From an uncultured Deinococcales bacterium (GTDB lineage: Bacteria > Deinococcota > Deinococci > Deinococcales > JAAFIG01), in assembly GCA_964247135.1 (NCBI GenBank), contig CAXTTL010000098.1, positions 1 through 16,901 of the forward strand: DNA of 16,901 nucleotides, read 5' to 3'. This document shows, in pieces, positions 1 through 9,547 of the stretch. How positions within the stretch are numbered: position 1 is the first letter of the stretch; each line of letters begins with the position of its first letter. Made by a program: the position numbers and the translations under genes. The notes beneath the pieces were generated by a model. The model had not been told where the DNA came from and ran no database searches. It saw only the letters and a program-made list of their open reading frames with translations.

Positions 1-102
1 TGCGTGCCCGCTTGTCCGCTCAACCCGCTTTTCCCCGAAGAGGACGTTCCCGCCAATCAACAAGCTTTTATTGCCAAGAACCGAACGTACTTTGGTTTGT
101 AA
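1..102 (+). CDS. Ferredoxin, 3' partial (7Fe / dicluster FdxA-like)
   Basis: Frame 1 reads CVPACPLNPLFPEEDVPANQQAFIAKNRTYFGL then TAA at 100-102. C-x-x-x-C-P followed by F/Y-P-E-E-D-V-P matches the C-terminal half of Thermus/Deinococcus-type ferredoxins. Not in the ORF track because it is truncated by the window. Confidence 0.85.
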   Translation, partial: CVPACPLNPLFPEEDVPANQQAFIAKNRTYFGL

Positions 103-131
103 TCCCTAAGCTCGAGCCTGAGCAATCACGG

Positions 132-165
132 CTGTAATGGGTTCGTAACGTCTGCGAATCATCCT
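132..165 (+). promoter_or_regulatory. Putative activator-dependent promoter: 11-bp-period GTAAY direct repeat plus -10-like hexamer
   Basis: CTGTAAT (132-138) and TCGTAAC (143-149), 10 nt, then CATCCT (160-165). It lies upstream of the DoxX gene, and the same geometry recurs at three other sites. Confidence 0.55.
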
Positions 166-189
166 GAAGGCGAACAAAGGAGATTTAAC

Positions 190-780
190 ATGATGTCCGC
201 AACCCCAATCCCCGTTCGCAAATCGCACCTCGAGATTCCAGAACCCAACATTTCTAAATTTCTTTTCGCCGACACGCGTCTCGCCCCACTTTGGACGCTG
301 GTTCGCTTGTACGTCGGTTATGAATGGCTGCTGGCTGGCTGGGGAAAACTCACCAATCCTGCCGGAGTCTGGGTCGGAGAGAAAGCCGGAACTGCCGTAG
401 CCGGCTTTCTCAATGGCGCACTGACCAAAACCGATGGTGCGCATCCAGACGTTCAAGGCTATTTTGCTTGGTTCATTCAGCACATTGCCCTGCCAAATGC
501 GACCCTTTTCAGTTATCTGGTGACCTTTGGCGAGATCGCCGTCGGCATCGCCCTGATTCTGGGTCTGTTCACGGGCATCGCCGCATTTTTTGGCGGTTTC
601 ATGAACGCCAGTTACCTGCTGGCGGGCACGGTTTCGACCAACCCGATGTTGTTTATTCTGGCGACGCTGCTGGTGCTGGCATGGCGCACCGCAGGCTACT
701 GGGGTTTGGATTACTGGCTGCTGCCTCGAATCGGTGTTCCTGGTGCTCCAGGACCGCTCGAGCCAACCACCAACCCTTAA
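190..780 (+). CDS. DoxX family membrane protein (TQO small subunit DoxD-like)
   Basis: 196 aa. Motifs RLYVGYEWLLAGWGK, GEIAVGIALILGLFT, MNASYLLAGTVSTNP and AGYWGLD are typical of DoxX/DoxD. SD AAAGGAG upstream. Confidence 0.85.
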   Translation: MMSATPIPVRKSHLEIPEPNISKFLFADTRLAPLWTLVRLYVGYEWLLAGWGKLTNPAGVWVGEKAGTAVAGFLNGALTKTDGAHPDVQGYFAWFIQHIALPNATLFSYLVTFGEIAVGIALILGLFTGIAAFFGGFMNASYLLAGTVSTNPMLFILATLLVLAWRTAGYWGLDYWLLPRIGVPGAPGPLEPTTNP

Positions 781-859
781 GTTAAACCGTCTCTCTCGAG
801 CGACCCATGTTCTCTTGACACTTCTGCACTAAAGTCTTGCTTCATGCGGAGGTCAGGAC

Positions 860-3241
860 ATGACGAACAATGCGCAACTTGAAACCACATCACTTGAGCC
901 TTCAGAACTTCAACTTATAGACGCCTACTGGCGAGCCGCGAATTACCTTTCGGTTGGACAGATTTACCTCTTGGACAACCCATTGCTGCTCGAGCCTTTA
1001 AGTTTGGCACACGTCAAACCCAGGTTGCTCGGGCATTGGGGAACGACCCCAGGGCTGAACTTTATTTATGCGCACCTCAACCGTTTGATTCGCAAGCACG
1101 ACGTGAATGCCATGTTCATTGCGGGTCCAGGTCACGGTGGTCCTGGCGTGGTGGCGAACACTTACCTCGAGGGAACCTACAGCGAGGTTTACCCCAATAT
1201 TTCGACGGATGCGGCGGGAATCAAACGGCTGTTCAAACAGTTTTCGTTTCCTGGGGGCATTCCCAGCCACGTCGCGCCAGAAACGCCAGGTTCGATCCAT
1301 GAGGGCGGCGAACTCGGTTATGCGCTGGTTCACGCTTACGGCGCGGCGTTCGACAATCCCGATTTGCTGGTCGCCTGCGTGATCGGAGACGGTGAAGCCG
1401 AGACCGGACCGCTCGCCGCCAGTTGGCACTCGAACAAATTCCTCAATGCAGCCCGCGACGGCGCGGTGCTGCCGATCCTGCATTTAAACGGTTACAAGAT
1501 CGCCAACCCAACCGTGCTCTCGAGGCTCGCGCCCGAAGAGTTGACCAAGTTGCTCGAGGGTTACGGTTACAAACCATTTTTTGTCGAGGGCGACGATCCG
1601 AGCGTCATGCATGAGTTGATGGCGCAAACGCTTTATCAGGTTTGGCTCGAGATTATTGAGATTCAACGTGAGGCTCGAGCCTCTTCCTCGAGCGCCCGAC
1701 CCCATTTTCCGATGATCGTGCTGCGTTCGCCCAAAGGCTGGACTGGACCCAAAACCGTCGATGGCAAACCCGTCGAAAACACCTGGCGAGCACATCAAGT
1801 GCCGCTCGATAATATTTTCAAGAACCCAGAGCATTTGGCGCAACTCGAGGCGTGGTTGAGAAGTTACCGCCCCGAAGAATTGTTTGACGCAAACGGAAAA
1901 CTCCTACCCGAACTCGCCGCACTCGCGCCGACAGGCGAACGGCGCATGGGCGCAAATCCGCACACCAACGGCGGCTTGCTGCTGCGCGACCTGAAACTGC
2001 CGAACTTCCGCGATTATGCCCTAACCGTCGAACAACCTGGCACAACATCGGGCGAAGCCACGCGGGTGCTGGGCAAATTCTTGCGCGACGTCATGAACGC
2101 CAACCTCGAGTCAAAAAACTTTCGGGTCTTTGGTCCAGACGAAACCGAATCAAACCGTTTGGGGGCGCTGTACGAGGCGACCAACAAAGCCTGGGAGCTG
2201 CCAATTCTTTCCACCGACGAACACCTGGCGCTCGAGGGTCGCGTCATGGAGGTGCTTTCGGAGCATCTGTGCCAGGGTTGGCTCGAGGGGTATCTGCTGA
2301 CCGGACGGCACGGTTTATTTTCGTGTTACGAGGCGTTCATTCATATCATTGACAGCATGGTCAACCAGCACGCCAAATGGCTCAAAACCACCCGTGGAAT
2401 TCCGTGGCGGCGACCCATTGCGGCGCTGAATTACCTGCTGACCTCACACGTCTGGCGGCAAGATCACAATGGGTTTTCGCATCAAGACCCTGGTTTTATC
2501 GACCACATCATGAACAAAAAACCCGAGGTGGTGCGCATTTACCTGCCGCCAGACGCGAACACTTTGCTGTCCGTGACCGACCACTGCCTGCGCAGCCGCA
2601 ACCGCATCAACGTGATCGTGGCGGGCAAACAACCCGCCCCGCAATGGCTGTCGATGGACGCCGCGATCAAACACTGCAACGCCGGCATCGGCATCTGGAC
2701 TTGGGCGAGCAACGACGCCAACCTCGAGCCTGATGTCGTGATGGCGTGCGCGGGCGATGTGCCGACGCTCGAGACGCTGGCGGCGGTGGACTTGCTGCGC
2801 CAGCATTTTCCAGACCTGAAAATTCGGGTGGTCAATGTGGTGGATTTGATGACGCTTCAACCCGAGAGTGAGCATCCGAGCGGGCTTTCGGATCACGAGT
2901 TTGACAGTTTGTTCACCACCGACAAGCCCATTATTTTCGCCTATCACGGCTACCCGTGGTTGATCCATAGGCTGACCTATCGCCGCACCAACCACGACAA
3001 CTTGCACGTGCGCGGTTACAAAGAGGAGGGCACGACCACCACACCCTTTGACATGACGGTTTTGAACGACCTTGATCGCTTCCATTTGGCGGGTGACGTG
3101 ATCGACCGCGTGCCAAGGTTGCAAGCCATCGGTGGGCATTTCAAACAATTCTTGCGCGACAAACTGGTCGAGCACGGCGAGTACATTCGGCAGCACGGCG
3201 ACGACCTGCCCGAGGTGCGCGATTGGGTCTGGCGGTACTGA
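860..3241 (+). CDS. xfp: Xylulose-5-phosphate/fructose-6-phosphate phosphoketolase
   Basis: 793 aa. Hallmark motifs [31 protein letters not shown], the TPP-binding GDGEAETG...[29 protein letters not shown] and [21 protein letters not shown] upstream. Confidence 0.98.
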   Translation: MTNNAQLETTSLEPSELQLIDAYWRAANYLSVGQIYLLDNPLLLEPLSLAHVKPRLLGHWGTTPGLNFIYAHLNRLIRKHDVNAMFIAGPGHGGPGVVANTYLEGTYSEVYPNISTDAAGIKRLFKQFSFPGGIPSHVAPETPGSIHEGGELGYALVHAYGAAFDNPDLLVACVIGDGEAETGPLAASWHSNKFLNAARDGAVLPILHLNGYKIANPTVLSRLAPEELTKLLEGYGYKPFFVEGDDPSVMHELMAQTLYQVWLEIIEIQREARASSSSARPHFPMIVLRSPKGWTGPKTVDGKPVENTWRAHQVPLDNIFKNPEHLAQLEAWLRSYRPEELFDANGKLLPELAALAPTGERRMGANPHTNGGLLLRDLKLPNFRDYALTVEQPGTTSGEATRVLGKFLRDVMNANLESKNFRVFGPDETESNRLGALYEATNKAWELPILSTDEHLALEGRVMEVLSEHLCQGWLEGYLLTGRHGLFSCYEAFIHIIDSMVNQHAKWLKTTRGIPWRRPIAALNYLLTSHVWRQDHNGFSHQDPGFIDHIMNKKPEVVRIYLPPDANTLLSVTDHCLRSRNRINVIVAGKQPAPQWLSMDAAIKHCNAGIGIWTWASNDANLEPDVVMACAGDVPTLETLAAVDLLRQHFPDLKIRVVNVVDLMTLQPESEHPSGLSDHEFDSLFTTDKPIIFAYHGYPWLIHRLTYRRTNHDNLHVRGYKEEGTTTTPFDMTVLNDLDRFHLAGDVIDRVPRLQAIGGHFKQFLRDKLVEHGEYIRQHGDDLPEVRDWVWRY

Positions 3242-3327
3242 ATTAATTGAAGCTCGAGGTTTGCGCGTTGAAGGGAATCGGGATTGAATCGTAGTTACTT
3301 TCGCACAAGATCAAGGAGTCCTAACCC

Positions 3328-4449
3328 ATGACCGAGCAACAATCCCAATCCAATCTGAACCGACGAAATGTACTCAAACTGTTGGCGGCTGCTGGCGTGA
3401 CCGCAATCGGTGGATACGCCCTTTACGAGTATGCGCCGTGGCAAAATTACGATCAGCAAGCCGACCAGGCGCGGCAAGGCTTTGGCAACGACCTCGCCCC
3501 ATCAGCCCAGATGTTGGAACTGGTTCGCTTTGCCTCCTTGGCAGCCAGCGGTCACAACACCCAGCCTTGGAAGTTCGCAATCACGCAGAACGCCATCGAA
3601 ATTCACCCAGACTTAAGCCGTCGCCTGCCAGCCGTTGACCCGAACGACCGCGAACTCTGGATCAGTTTGGGTTGTGCGCTCGAGAATTTACTGATTGCCG
3701 CTCGAGCCGCAGGATTTTCGCCAAAGGTCAGCTACCCGAACGCGACGGATTTTATTCGTGTTGATCTGACCACCGACACCGCACAGAAAAGCGCATTGCT
3801 GGGCGCGATTGTCTTGCGCCAGAACACCCGTTCGATGTATGACGGCAAGCCACTGGAGCGCAGCGCACTGAACCAACTGCAATCCTTGCCGCTCGAGCCA
3901 GGAATAAATTTGAATTTTGAACTGGGGGCGGCTGGGTTGGAAACCGTGCTGGAATACGTCAATCGGGGCAATTTGAGCCAGTACGCCAACAAAGATTTTC
4001 TAAACGAGTTGATTGCTTGGCTGCGGTTCACCAAAAAGGAAGCCCTGGCGTCTGGTGATGGTCTGTACTCGGGCGCGTCTGGCAATCCGCAAGTCCCGCG
4101 TTGGCTTGGGCAGATGGTTGTGGCTGGCACAAAACCGCAAGCCCAAGCCGATAGCGATGCCCAGAAATTGCGCAGTTCTTCGGGCGCGGTGGTTGTCACT
4201 TCAGAATCGGACGATAAAACAGCCTGGGTACGAACCGGACAGGTGTACGAACGCCTGGCGCTCGAGATGACTTCGCTGAATATTAAATCGGCATTCCTGA
4301 ACCAACCCATCGAGGTCGCCGAGGTTCGCGGAGAGTTTCAAAGCGCTTTAAAACTCGAGACGGCGCTGCCGCAATTGTTGGTGCGTTTTGGTCACGCCGA
4401 GCCGATGCCAAACTCTTTGCGCCGCCCATTACAAGACATTCTGTTGTGA
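3328..4449 (+). CDS. Acg-family FMN-binding nitroreductase-like protein with twin-arginine N-terminus
   Basis: 373 aa. Motifs AASGHNTQPWKF, DPNDRELWISLGCALENL, RQNTRSMYDG, FLNQPIEV and PQLLVRFG. The N-terminus LNRRNVLKLLAAAGVTAIGG is Tat-like. SD AAGGAG. Confidence 0.85.
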   Translation: MTEQQSQSNLNRRNVLKLLAAAGVTAIGGYALYEYAPWQNYDQQADQARQGFGNDLAPSAQMLELVRFASLAASGHNTQPWKFAITQNAIEIHPDLSRRLPAVDPNDRELWISLGCALENLLIAARAAGFSPKVSYPNATDFIRVDLTTDTAQKSALLGAIVLRQNTRSMYDGKPLERSALNQLQSLPLEPGINLNFELGAAGLETVLEYVNRGNLSQYANKDFLNELIAWLRFTKKEALASGDGLYSGASGNPQVPRWLGQMVVAGTKPQAQADSDAQKLRSSSGAVVVTSESDDKTAWVRTGQVYERLALEMTSLNIKSAFLNQPIEVAEVRGEFQSALKLETALPQLLVRFGHAEPMPNSLRRPLQDILL

Positions 4450-4463
4450 TGCTCGAGCACAAA

Positions 4464-4497
4464 TAGTAATGCGTTGGTAATGATGACCTCGTAACCT
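4464..4497 (+). promoter_or_regulatory. Putative activator-dependent promoter (GTAAY repeat plus -10)
   Basis: TAGTAAT (4464-4470) and TGGTAAT (4475-4481), 10 nt, then TAACCT (4492-4497). Confidence 0.6.
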
Positions 4498-4664
4498 CGG
4501 CTCGAGATTCTTGACCCCGTGCAAGATTCTGAATTCTTCAAAATTCGTGGGTGAAGAAACGCAAGTCTCGAGGTCAAAATCAAACGAAGCACGTCACCGC
4601 CTAACTCGAGGCACGGTGCGGGAAATGCGTGATTTTCGGACTGAAATAAGAAGGGGCACACATC

Positions 4665-5624
4665 ATGAAAGCGACAGACCGCACTTTGATTCAACAAGAT
4701 GTTCCACCAGACAAGGCAGCACAGAATAGCAAATTGCCCCGCAGCCGCTGGGCGTACATTCTGATTGGGCTTGGCATATTTTTTCTGATCGAGAAAATTG
4801 GTTTCAACACCAATGGAATTTGGAACGCCATCGGCACGTGGTTTCCGCTGGTCTTCATTGTTTTGGGAATCGACTTTTTAACCCGTTCCTATCCTTGGGG
4901 GCGACAACTGACCCTTGGCTTGGTGGTCATCACAGCCTTGTTTATGCTGATTTGGGGTTTAAACCAACCGGCGATTCCGCAAGGCTTTAGGCAAGAAACC
5001 GTAAGTGAAGCCATCACCGCAGTTCGAGCCGAAATTCAACTGAGCACCACGGTTGGGAAGCTCGAGGTCAGCGCCAACAACACCGAAAAATTGATTGATG
5101 GCAAGCTCGAGTTAAACGGTGGTGATCGTCTCGAGCGCGAGGTTTCTACGCGCGACCAAACCCAATTTGTGCGGCTCGAGGCGGTCATGACTGGCGCGAA
5201 CGTTGGCTTGCCAACGTTTTTAAACGACCGCAACTCGAGTTGGGTCGTTGGTCTTTCGCCAAACGTCCCGCTCGCGCTGAAAATCAAAACGGGTGTTGGC
5301 AACTCGAGACTCGACTTGCGCGGCTTAAAGGTCACCGCTTTAACCTTCAACGGTGGCGTTGGTCAAACCAGCATCACGCTGCCCGCTTTGGGTCGTGTGA
5401 CCGCCCGAGTTGAAAGCGGTGTCGGCGAAACCAACATCTTCATTCCACGCGGCATGGAATCTCGGGTTCGCGTCTCGGGTGGGCTTGGTGCCGTCCAAAT
5501 TTCGGGCGATTACCGGCGAATCGGCGATGTGCATACCTCGAGCGGTTTTGAGACCGCCAGCAACCGCGTCGAACTCGAGGTGCAGGGCGGCGTTGGACGT
5601 ATTTCAGTTGAGACAGAACGCTGA
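4665..5624 (+). CDS. LiaF-related membrane protein: N-terminal TM region (DUF5668/LiaI-LiaF-like) plus Gly/Val-rich beta-repeat C-terminal domain
   Basis: 319 aa. Three TM helices including ILIGLGIFFLI and WFPLVFIVLGI. The C-terminus has repeated beta-strand motifs (KTGVGNSRLDL, GGVGQTSITLP, SGVGETNIFIP, GGVGRISV). Confidence 0.7.
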   Translation: MKATDRTLIQQDVPPDKAAQNSKLPRSRWAYILIGLGIFFLIEKIGFNTNGIWNAIGTWFPLVFIVLGIDFLTRSYPWGRQLTLGLVVITALFMLIWGLNQPAIPQGFRQETVSEAITAVRAEIQLSTTVGKLEVSANNTEKLIDGKLELNGGDRLEREVSTRDQTQFVRLEAVMTGANVGLPTFLNDRNSSWVVGLSPNVPLALKIKTGVGNSRLDLRGLKVTALTFNGGVGQTSITLPALGRVTARVESGVGETNIFIPRGMESRVRVSGGLGAVQISGDYRRIGDVHTSSGFETASNRVELEVQGGVGRISVETER

Positions 5625-5674
5625 ATCAGATTGAATCTTTTGGCAGGAATGCTCGAGAAGAAAGAAGGAACCCC

Positions 5675-6223
5675 ATGAAAAACGTGCTCGTCACCTACGG
5701 CAGCAGGTCAGGTTCGACCGCCGAGATCGCCAACAAAATCGCCGAGGTGCTGCGAACCAAAGGCGAGAACGTCACCGTTCTGCCCGTCGCCAGCGTGACC
5801 GACCTGAACCCGTACAACGCCGTGGTGCTCGGCAGTGCCGTCTATGTCGGTCACTGGATGACAGAGGCGGTGGACTTCCTTAAGCTCCACGAGGAGGCGC
5901 TCTCGACACGACCCGTTTGGATTTTCTCGAGCGGACCGACCGGTGCTGGCGATCCGGTCGAACGGATGCACGGCTGGCGATTCCCAGAGGCGCAGCAAGC
6001 CATCTTTGAGCGCATCAAACCCCAAGACATCGTTTTGTTTCACGGCAAGATCGACATGCACGACCTGAACTTCGGTGAGAAAATCATGCTCCGTGCGCTG
6101 GGCGCTCCGACCGGTGACTTCAGAGATTGGAATGCGATCAGCGCCTGGGCGGAGGGCATCGCGCAAGTGCTGCGTCCGCTCGAGGTTGTGACGGTGGGGC
6201 AAAACCCATCCATGCAACCCTGA
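5675..6223 (+). CDS. Flavodoxin domain protein (HemG/Flavodoxin_5-like)
   Basis: 182 aa. FMN loop VLVTYGSRSGSTAEIA, plus AVVLGSAVYVG, PVWIFSSGP and GDFRDWNAISAWA. SD AAGGAA. Confidence 0.88.
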   Translation: MKNVLVTYGSRSGSTAEIANKIAEVLRTKGENVTVLPVASVTDLNPYNAVVLGSAVYVGHWMTEAVDFLKLHEEALSTRPVWIFSSGPTGAGDPVERMHGWRFPEAQQAIFERIKPQDIVLFHGKIDMHDLNFGEKIMLRALGAPTGDFRDWNAISAWAEGIAQVLRPLEVVTVGQNPSMQP

Positions 6224-6326
6224 CCTTGTACGACTCGGGTGTCGATCTCGAGCCAGAAAATATTCGTTGTGACTTGGGTGCAATGTTCGGTTCGGGCACA
6301 ATCGACTTTCAGGGAAGGAAATTTTT

Positions 6327-6926
6327 ATGAAACGCAATGAGCCAATGTTGATTCCCGCGATCTTGCTGCTGATCGTCGGGGCGCTGGGGCTGCTCAGCAA
6401 GTTCGGATTCTTAACGGCATTCTCGAGCCTCGCATGGGGAAGCCTGTTCACCATCGGTGGTCTCGGATTCCTGGCTTGGTTCGCCCGCGACCGAGCACAA
6501 TGGTGGGCGTTGATTCCCGCCTCGAGCCTGATCGGGTTGGCGCTGACCTTCCTGATGGGTGAAAACTGGGGCGGCACCATCTTTCTCGGTTGCATCGGAC
6601 TGGGCTTCGCGGGCATTACCATGCTCAAACGCGATTTCTGGTGGGCGACCATTCCGGCTGGCACGCTGCTGACCCTCGCGCTGGTCAGCCGTTTGGGCGC
6701 TGCCGGCGGCACCGTGTTGTTCCTCGGGCTGGCGGCGACATTCGCCGTGGTCTGGCAACGTTCGCATCGCTGGGCAATCTATCCGACCATCGGCTGTCTG
6801 GCGATGGCGGCATTGACCGCAGACTGGCTGACCGGAATCTGGGGCATCGTTTGGTCGCTGGCGCTGATCGGGCTTGGCGCGTACCTGCTGCTGCGCCCAC
6901 ATCGGGACGGATCGGTTCGGCAGTGA
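6327..6926 (+). CDS. Hypothetical polytopic membrane protein
   Basis: 199 aa with about 7-8 hydrophobic segments and an internally repeated motif (WWALIPA / WWATIPA / RWAIYPT). Purine-rich SD upstream. Confidence 0.8.
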   Translation: MKRNEPMLIPAILLLIVGALGLLSKFGFLTAFSSLAWGSLFTIGGLGFLAWFARDRAQWWALIPASSLIGLALTFLMGENWGGTIFLGCIGLGFAGITMLKRDFWWATIPAGTLLTLALVSRLGAAGGTVLFLGLAATFAVVWQRSHRWAIYPTIGCLAMAALTADWLTGIWGIVWSLALIGLGAYLLLRPHRDGSVRQ

Positions 6927-6953
6927 CTGGACGCCCCGAGAGAAAGTGAAACC

Positions 6954-7157
6954 ATGAACCTCAAAGACAAACTCCATGAACAGATTGACAACATGCCGCT
7001 GCCCGACCTCGAGTTGTTCGATTTGATTTTTGAACAGCGCCGCCGAACCTTGGAAGCTCGAGTGCCACGCGATGCACAAGAAATTGCAGAATTTAGGCGT
7101 TTGCTCAAGCAACTGACCGAGCCGCGTTCGGCTGTCGCTTCTGGACAGGAGTCATGA
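6954..7157 (+). CDS. Small hypothetical helical protein (67 aa)
   Basis: Fills the gap between two genes. Its stop overlaps the next start (ATGA at 7154-7157). Charged, helix-like composition. Confidence 0.6.
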   Translation: MNLKDKLHEQIDNMPLPDLELFDLIFEQRRRTLEARVPRDAQEIAEFRRLLKQLTEPRSAVASGQES

Positions 7158-7510
7158 TGGAAATTGTCAAAACGATTTTTTTGTTCGTTCACTTTTTGGG
7201 GCTTGCCGCATTGATCGGCGGCGCGTTTGTGCAATGGAACGCTGCAACCAAACAAGCCTCGCCCACCATGATCTGGGGCGCTCGAGTGCAACTGCTGACG
7301 GGCATCATTTTGCTCGGATTGGTCGAGATGACCGAACAAAACGTGCATCATCTCAAGTTCACCGTCAAATTGGTGGTAAACCTGATTGTCGCTGTCATTC
7401 TCGAGTCCAGCCGTAAAAGTCTTTCAAACGCGGGGTTTCAGGCGGCAATGGGACTTTCGATTCTGAACGTGGCATTGGCAATGTTCTGGACGACCAGCAG
7501 CGCGGGTTAA
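7154..7510 (+). CDS. Four-TM hypothetical membrane protein
   Basis: 118 aa. Motifs FVHFLGLAALIGG, GARVQLLTGIILLG and HLKFTVKL. SD AGGAG upstream. Confidence 0.8.
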   Translation: MMEIVKTIFLFVHFLGLAALIGGAFVQWNAATKQASPTMIWGARVQLLTGIILLGLVEMTEQNVHHLKFTVKLVVNLIVAVILESSRKSLSNAGFQAAMGLSILNVALAMFWTTSSAG

Positions 7511-7539
7511 AAGTTGAACATCATTGCGGGAGGTATCCG

Positions 7540-7881
7540 ATGCGCGATTTGATGCGCTCGCTGTTGTTTATCAAATCAATTCATACAGCCATTTTTATCG
7601 TCATGAATGTATGTTTGGGAATTCTGATGCTCGAGGTTTTCGTGACCAGAATATCTTATCTTTCATGGATTGCCATTGCCGCACTGCTGACCGAATCCGT
7701 TGTGCTGGTCGCCAACGGTTGGCGTTGTCCGATTTCAATTTACGCCGAAAAGGTCGGGGCGACCAACGGGCACGAAAGCGATATTTTTCTGCCAATGTGG
7801 TTCACAGACCGAATTCCTCTTGTTTACGGCAGCCTTCTGGCAATCACACTGCTGTTCTTTGTGATGAAGTTGTTTCGCTAA
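7540..7881 (+). CDS. Small membrane protein (possibly DUF2784-related)
   Basis: 113 aa. SD GGAGG upstream. Motifs IKSIHT, NGWRCPI and SDIFLP, with 3 TM segments. Confidence 0.75.
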   Translation: MRDLMRSLLFIKSIHTAIFIVMNVCLGILMLEVFVTRISYLSWIAIAALLTESVVLVANGWRCPISIYAEKVGATNGHESDIFLPMWFTDRIPLVYGSLLAITLLFFVMKLFR

Positions 7882-7979
7882 ACCAAATCCAAGATGCCGT
7901 TTTGGGCTTGATACGGGTTAAAAATCAATACTCGAGAATCCAATTCTCGCAGAAACTAGAGTTGAGGGGAGGCAAGAAG

Positions 7980-9473
7980 ATCAGACCGATTGAAATCCTG
8001 TTGTTCCTTGCCAATCTGCTGACCTTCTTTGTCTTAACAGTTTCGCTGCCCCGTACAATGTTCTGGATGCGTTACGCAGCCCCTGTCGCGCTGCTGATTG
8101 CCGTCGTACAGTTGCTGCTGGAAGGTTCGCGTTGGCAGATGTTCCCAGCTTACGCCATGAGCGGGCTGTTCTTTGTGGTCTGGTTGTTGCAAAACTTTTC
8201 AGCCTCGAGCGGGACGGTTGGACATTTTTTGATGTACTGGCTTGCCGCTTTGTTGGGCGTACTCGGGCTGGTGGTTTCTGCGGTTTTGCCAATCATTCTT
8301 CCCGTGTTCCGCTTCTCGCAGCCAAGCGGGACGTATCCGATTGGCACGTTGACCTACCACTGGCTGGACGCAGCTCGCCAGGAGATTTTCAGCACCGATT
8401 TGAGGGCGAGTCGTGAGTTGATGGTGCAAATCTGGTATCCAGCCAAAGCAACCACCTCAACATCACGTGCGCCTTACCTCGAGGATGCCGACGCCATTTC
8501 CTCGGCGCTGGCACGACTTAAACATTTGCCAGGGTTTATCTTGTCGCATTTGAAATACGTCACCACGAATGCCATTGCGTCCGCGCCCGTGGCAGATGAC
8601 CAGCCCAATTATCCAGTGCTGATCTTTCTCGAGGGGGCGAGCGGCTTTCGCCAGATGAACACGTTCCAAGTCGAGGCACTGGTTTCGCACGGTTATGTTG
8701 TCGTCGCCATCGACCAGCCGTACACCGCCGCGTCGGTCATTTTCCCAGATGGACACCGCACAAGCTCAATCCCGCTCGAGCAGATGAAAACCTTGATTCA
8801 CCAAAGTTACAGTCCAGCCAAAAAAGCACCGATATTGAATGGTCGAACGCTCGAGAAAGGCATAATTCCATATCTGGCGCAGGATGTGACGTTCACGCTC
8901 AATCAACTTGCCGCACTGAACCGAGCCGACCCGAACGCCATCTTGACTGGACGCCTCGATTTAATGCACGTTGGCACGTTTGGCGTCTCTCTGGGCGGCA
9001 TTGTCGCTGGTGAAGCTTGCCGACTCGAGCCACGCCTTCGGGCTTGTCTGGTCATGGACGCCCCAATGCCGACCGAGGTGGTTCGGCTTGGTTTGCAACA
9101 ACCGACCATCTGGATCACCCGAGATGCCCAAACCATGCGACTCGAGAGACGCCGCTCTGGCGGTTGGTCAGAGCTGGACATCAGCGAAACCCTGAGCACC
9201 ATGCGGGCGACATTCGAGCACATGCAAGGCGACGGTTACATTGTGCAAATCCCTGGGATGTTCCATGTCAACCTGACCGACGTTCCGTATTGGTCTCCAA
9301 TTTTTTCGTGGTTGGGCATCACTGGACCAATTGATGGACGGCGGGCGTACAGCATCATCAACGCTTACTCGTTGGCATTTTTTGATCACTACCTGAAGGG
9401 TCGCTCGGCAGCGCCGCTCGAGAATTTGGCAAAACAATTCCCCGAAGTGCAGCTCGAAACACGTCGTCCTTAA
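7980..9473 (+). CDS. Membrane-anchored alpha/beta hydrolase (PAF-acetylhydrolase-like); inferred start is ATC
   Basis: Four N-terminal TM helices, then PSGTYPIG, RELMVQIWYPA, YPVLIF, LVSHGYVVVAIDQPY, nucleophile elbow GVSLGG, and GMFHVNLTD. SD GGAGG (7968-7972) lies 7 nt before an in-frame ATC (7980). The 7524 start in the ORF track overlaps another gene. Confidence 0.85.
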   Translation: MRPIEILLFLANLLTFFVLTVSLPRTMFWMRYAAPVALLIAVVQLLLEGSRWQMFPAYAMSGLFFVVWLLQNFSASSGTVGHFLMYWLAALLGVLGLVVSAVLPIILPVFRFSQPSGTYPIGTLTYHWLDAARQEIFSTDLRASRELMVQIWYPAKATTSTSRAPYLEDADAISSALARLKHLPGFILSHLKYVTTNAIASAPVADDQPNYPVLIFLEGASGFRQMNTFQVEALVSHGYVVVAIDQPYTAASVIFPDGHRTSSIPLEQMKTLIHQSYSPAKKAPILNGRTLEKGIIPYLAQDVTFTLNQLAALNRADPNAILTGRLDLMHVGTFGVSLGGIVAGEACRLEPRLRACLVMDAPMPTEVVRLGLQQPTIWITRDAQTMRLERRRSGGWSELDISETLSTMRATFEHMQGDGYIVQIPGMFHVNLTDVPYWSPIFSWLGITGPIDGRRAYSIINAYSLAFFDHYLKGRSAAPLENLAKQFPEVQLETRRP

Positions 9474-9547
9474 ATCTATCGAGGCTTGAGGTTTGCCTGA
9501 CCCACACCATAAATTTCAGACTCGAGCATCCCAGGCGTGCGGACATG

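Noticed and set aside
132-165. Calling the GTAAY repeats true Pho boxes (phosphate regulon)
   Set aside because: The geometry matches, but the core is GTAAY rather than GTCAY and no phosphate-acquisition genes are downstream. Regulator identity is left open.
815-835. TTGACA upstream of xfp as a sigma70 -35
   Set aside because: There is no acceptable -10 at 16-18 nt spacing; TAAAGT is only 9 nt away.
5708-6712. Long minus-strand ORFs (e.g. 334 aa here; also 2444-3196, 6411-7112, 16317-16850)
   Set aside because: They are antisense shadows of well-supported + strand genes and have no recognisable motifs.
7524-7979. 152-codon N-terminal extension of the hydrolase ORF (649 aa in the track)
   Set aside because: It overlaps the SD-supported 7540-7881 gene in another frame and reads as non-protein-like. 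A strong SD lies at 7968.
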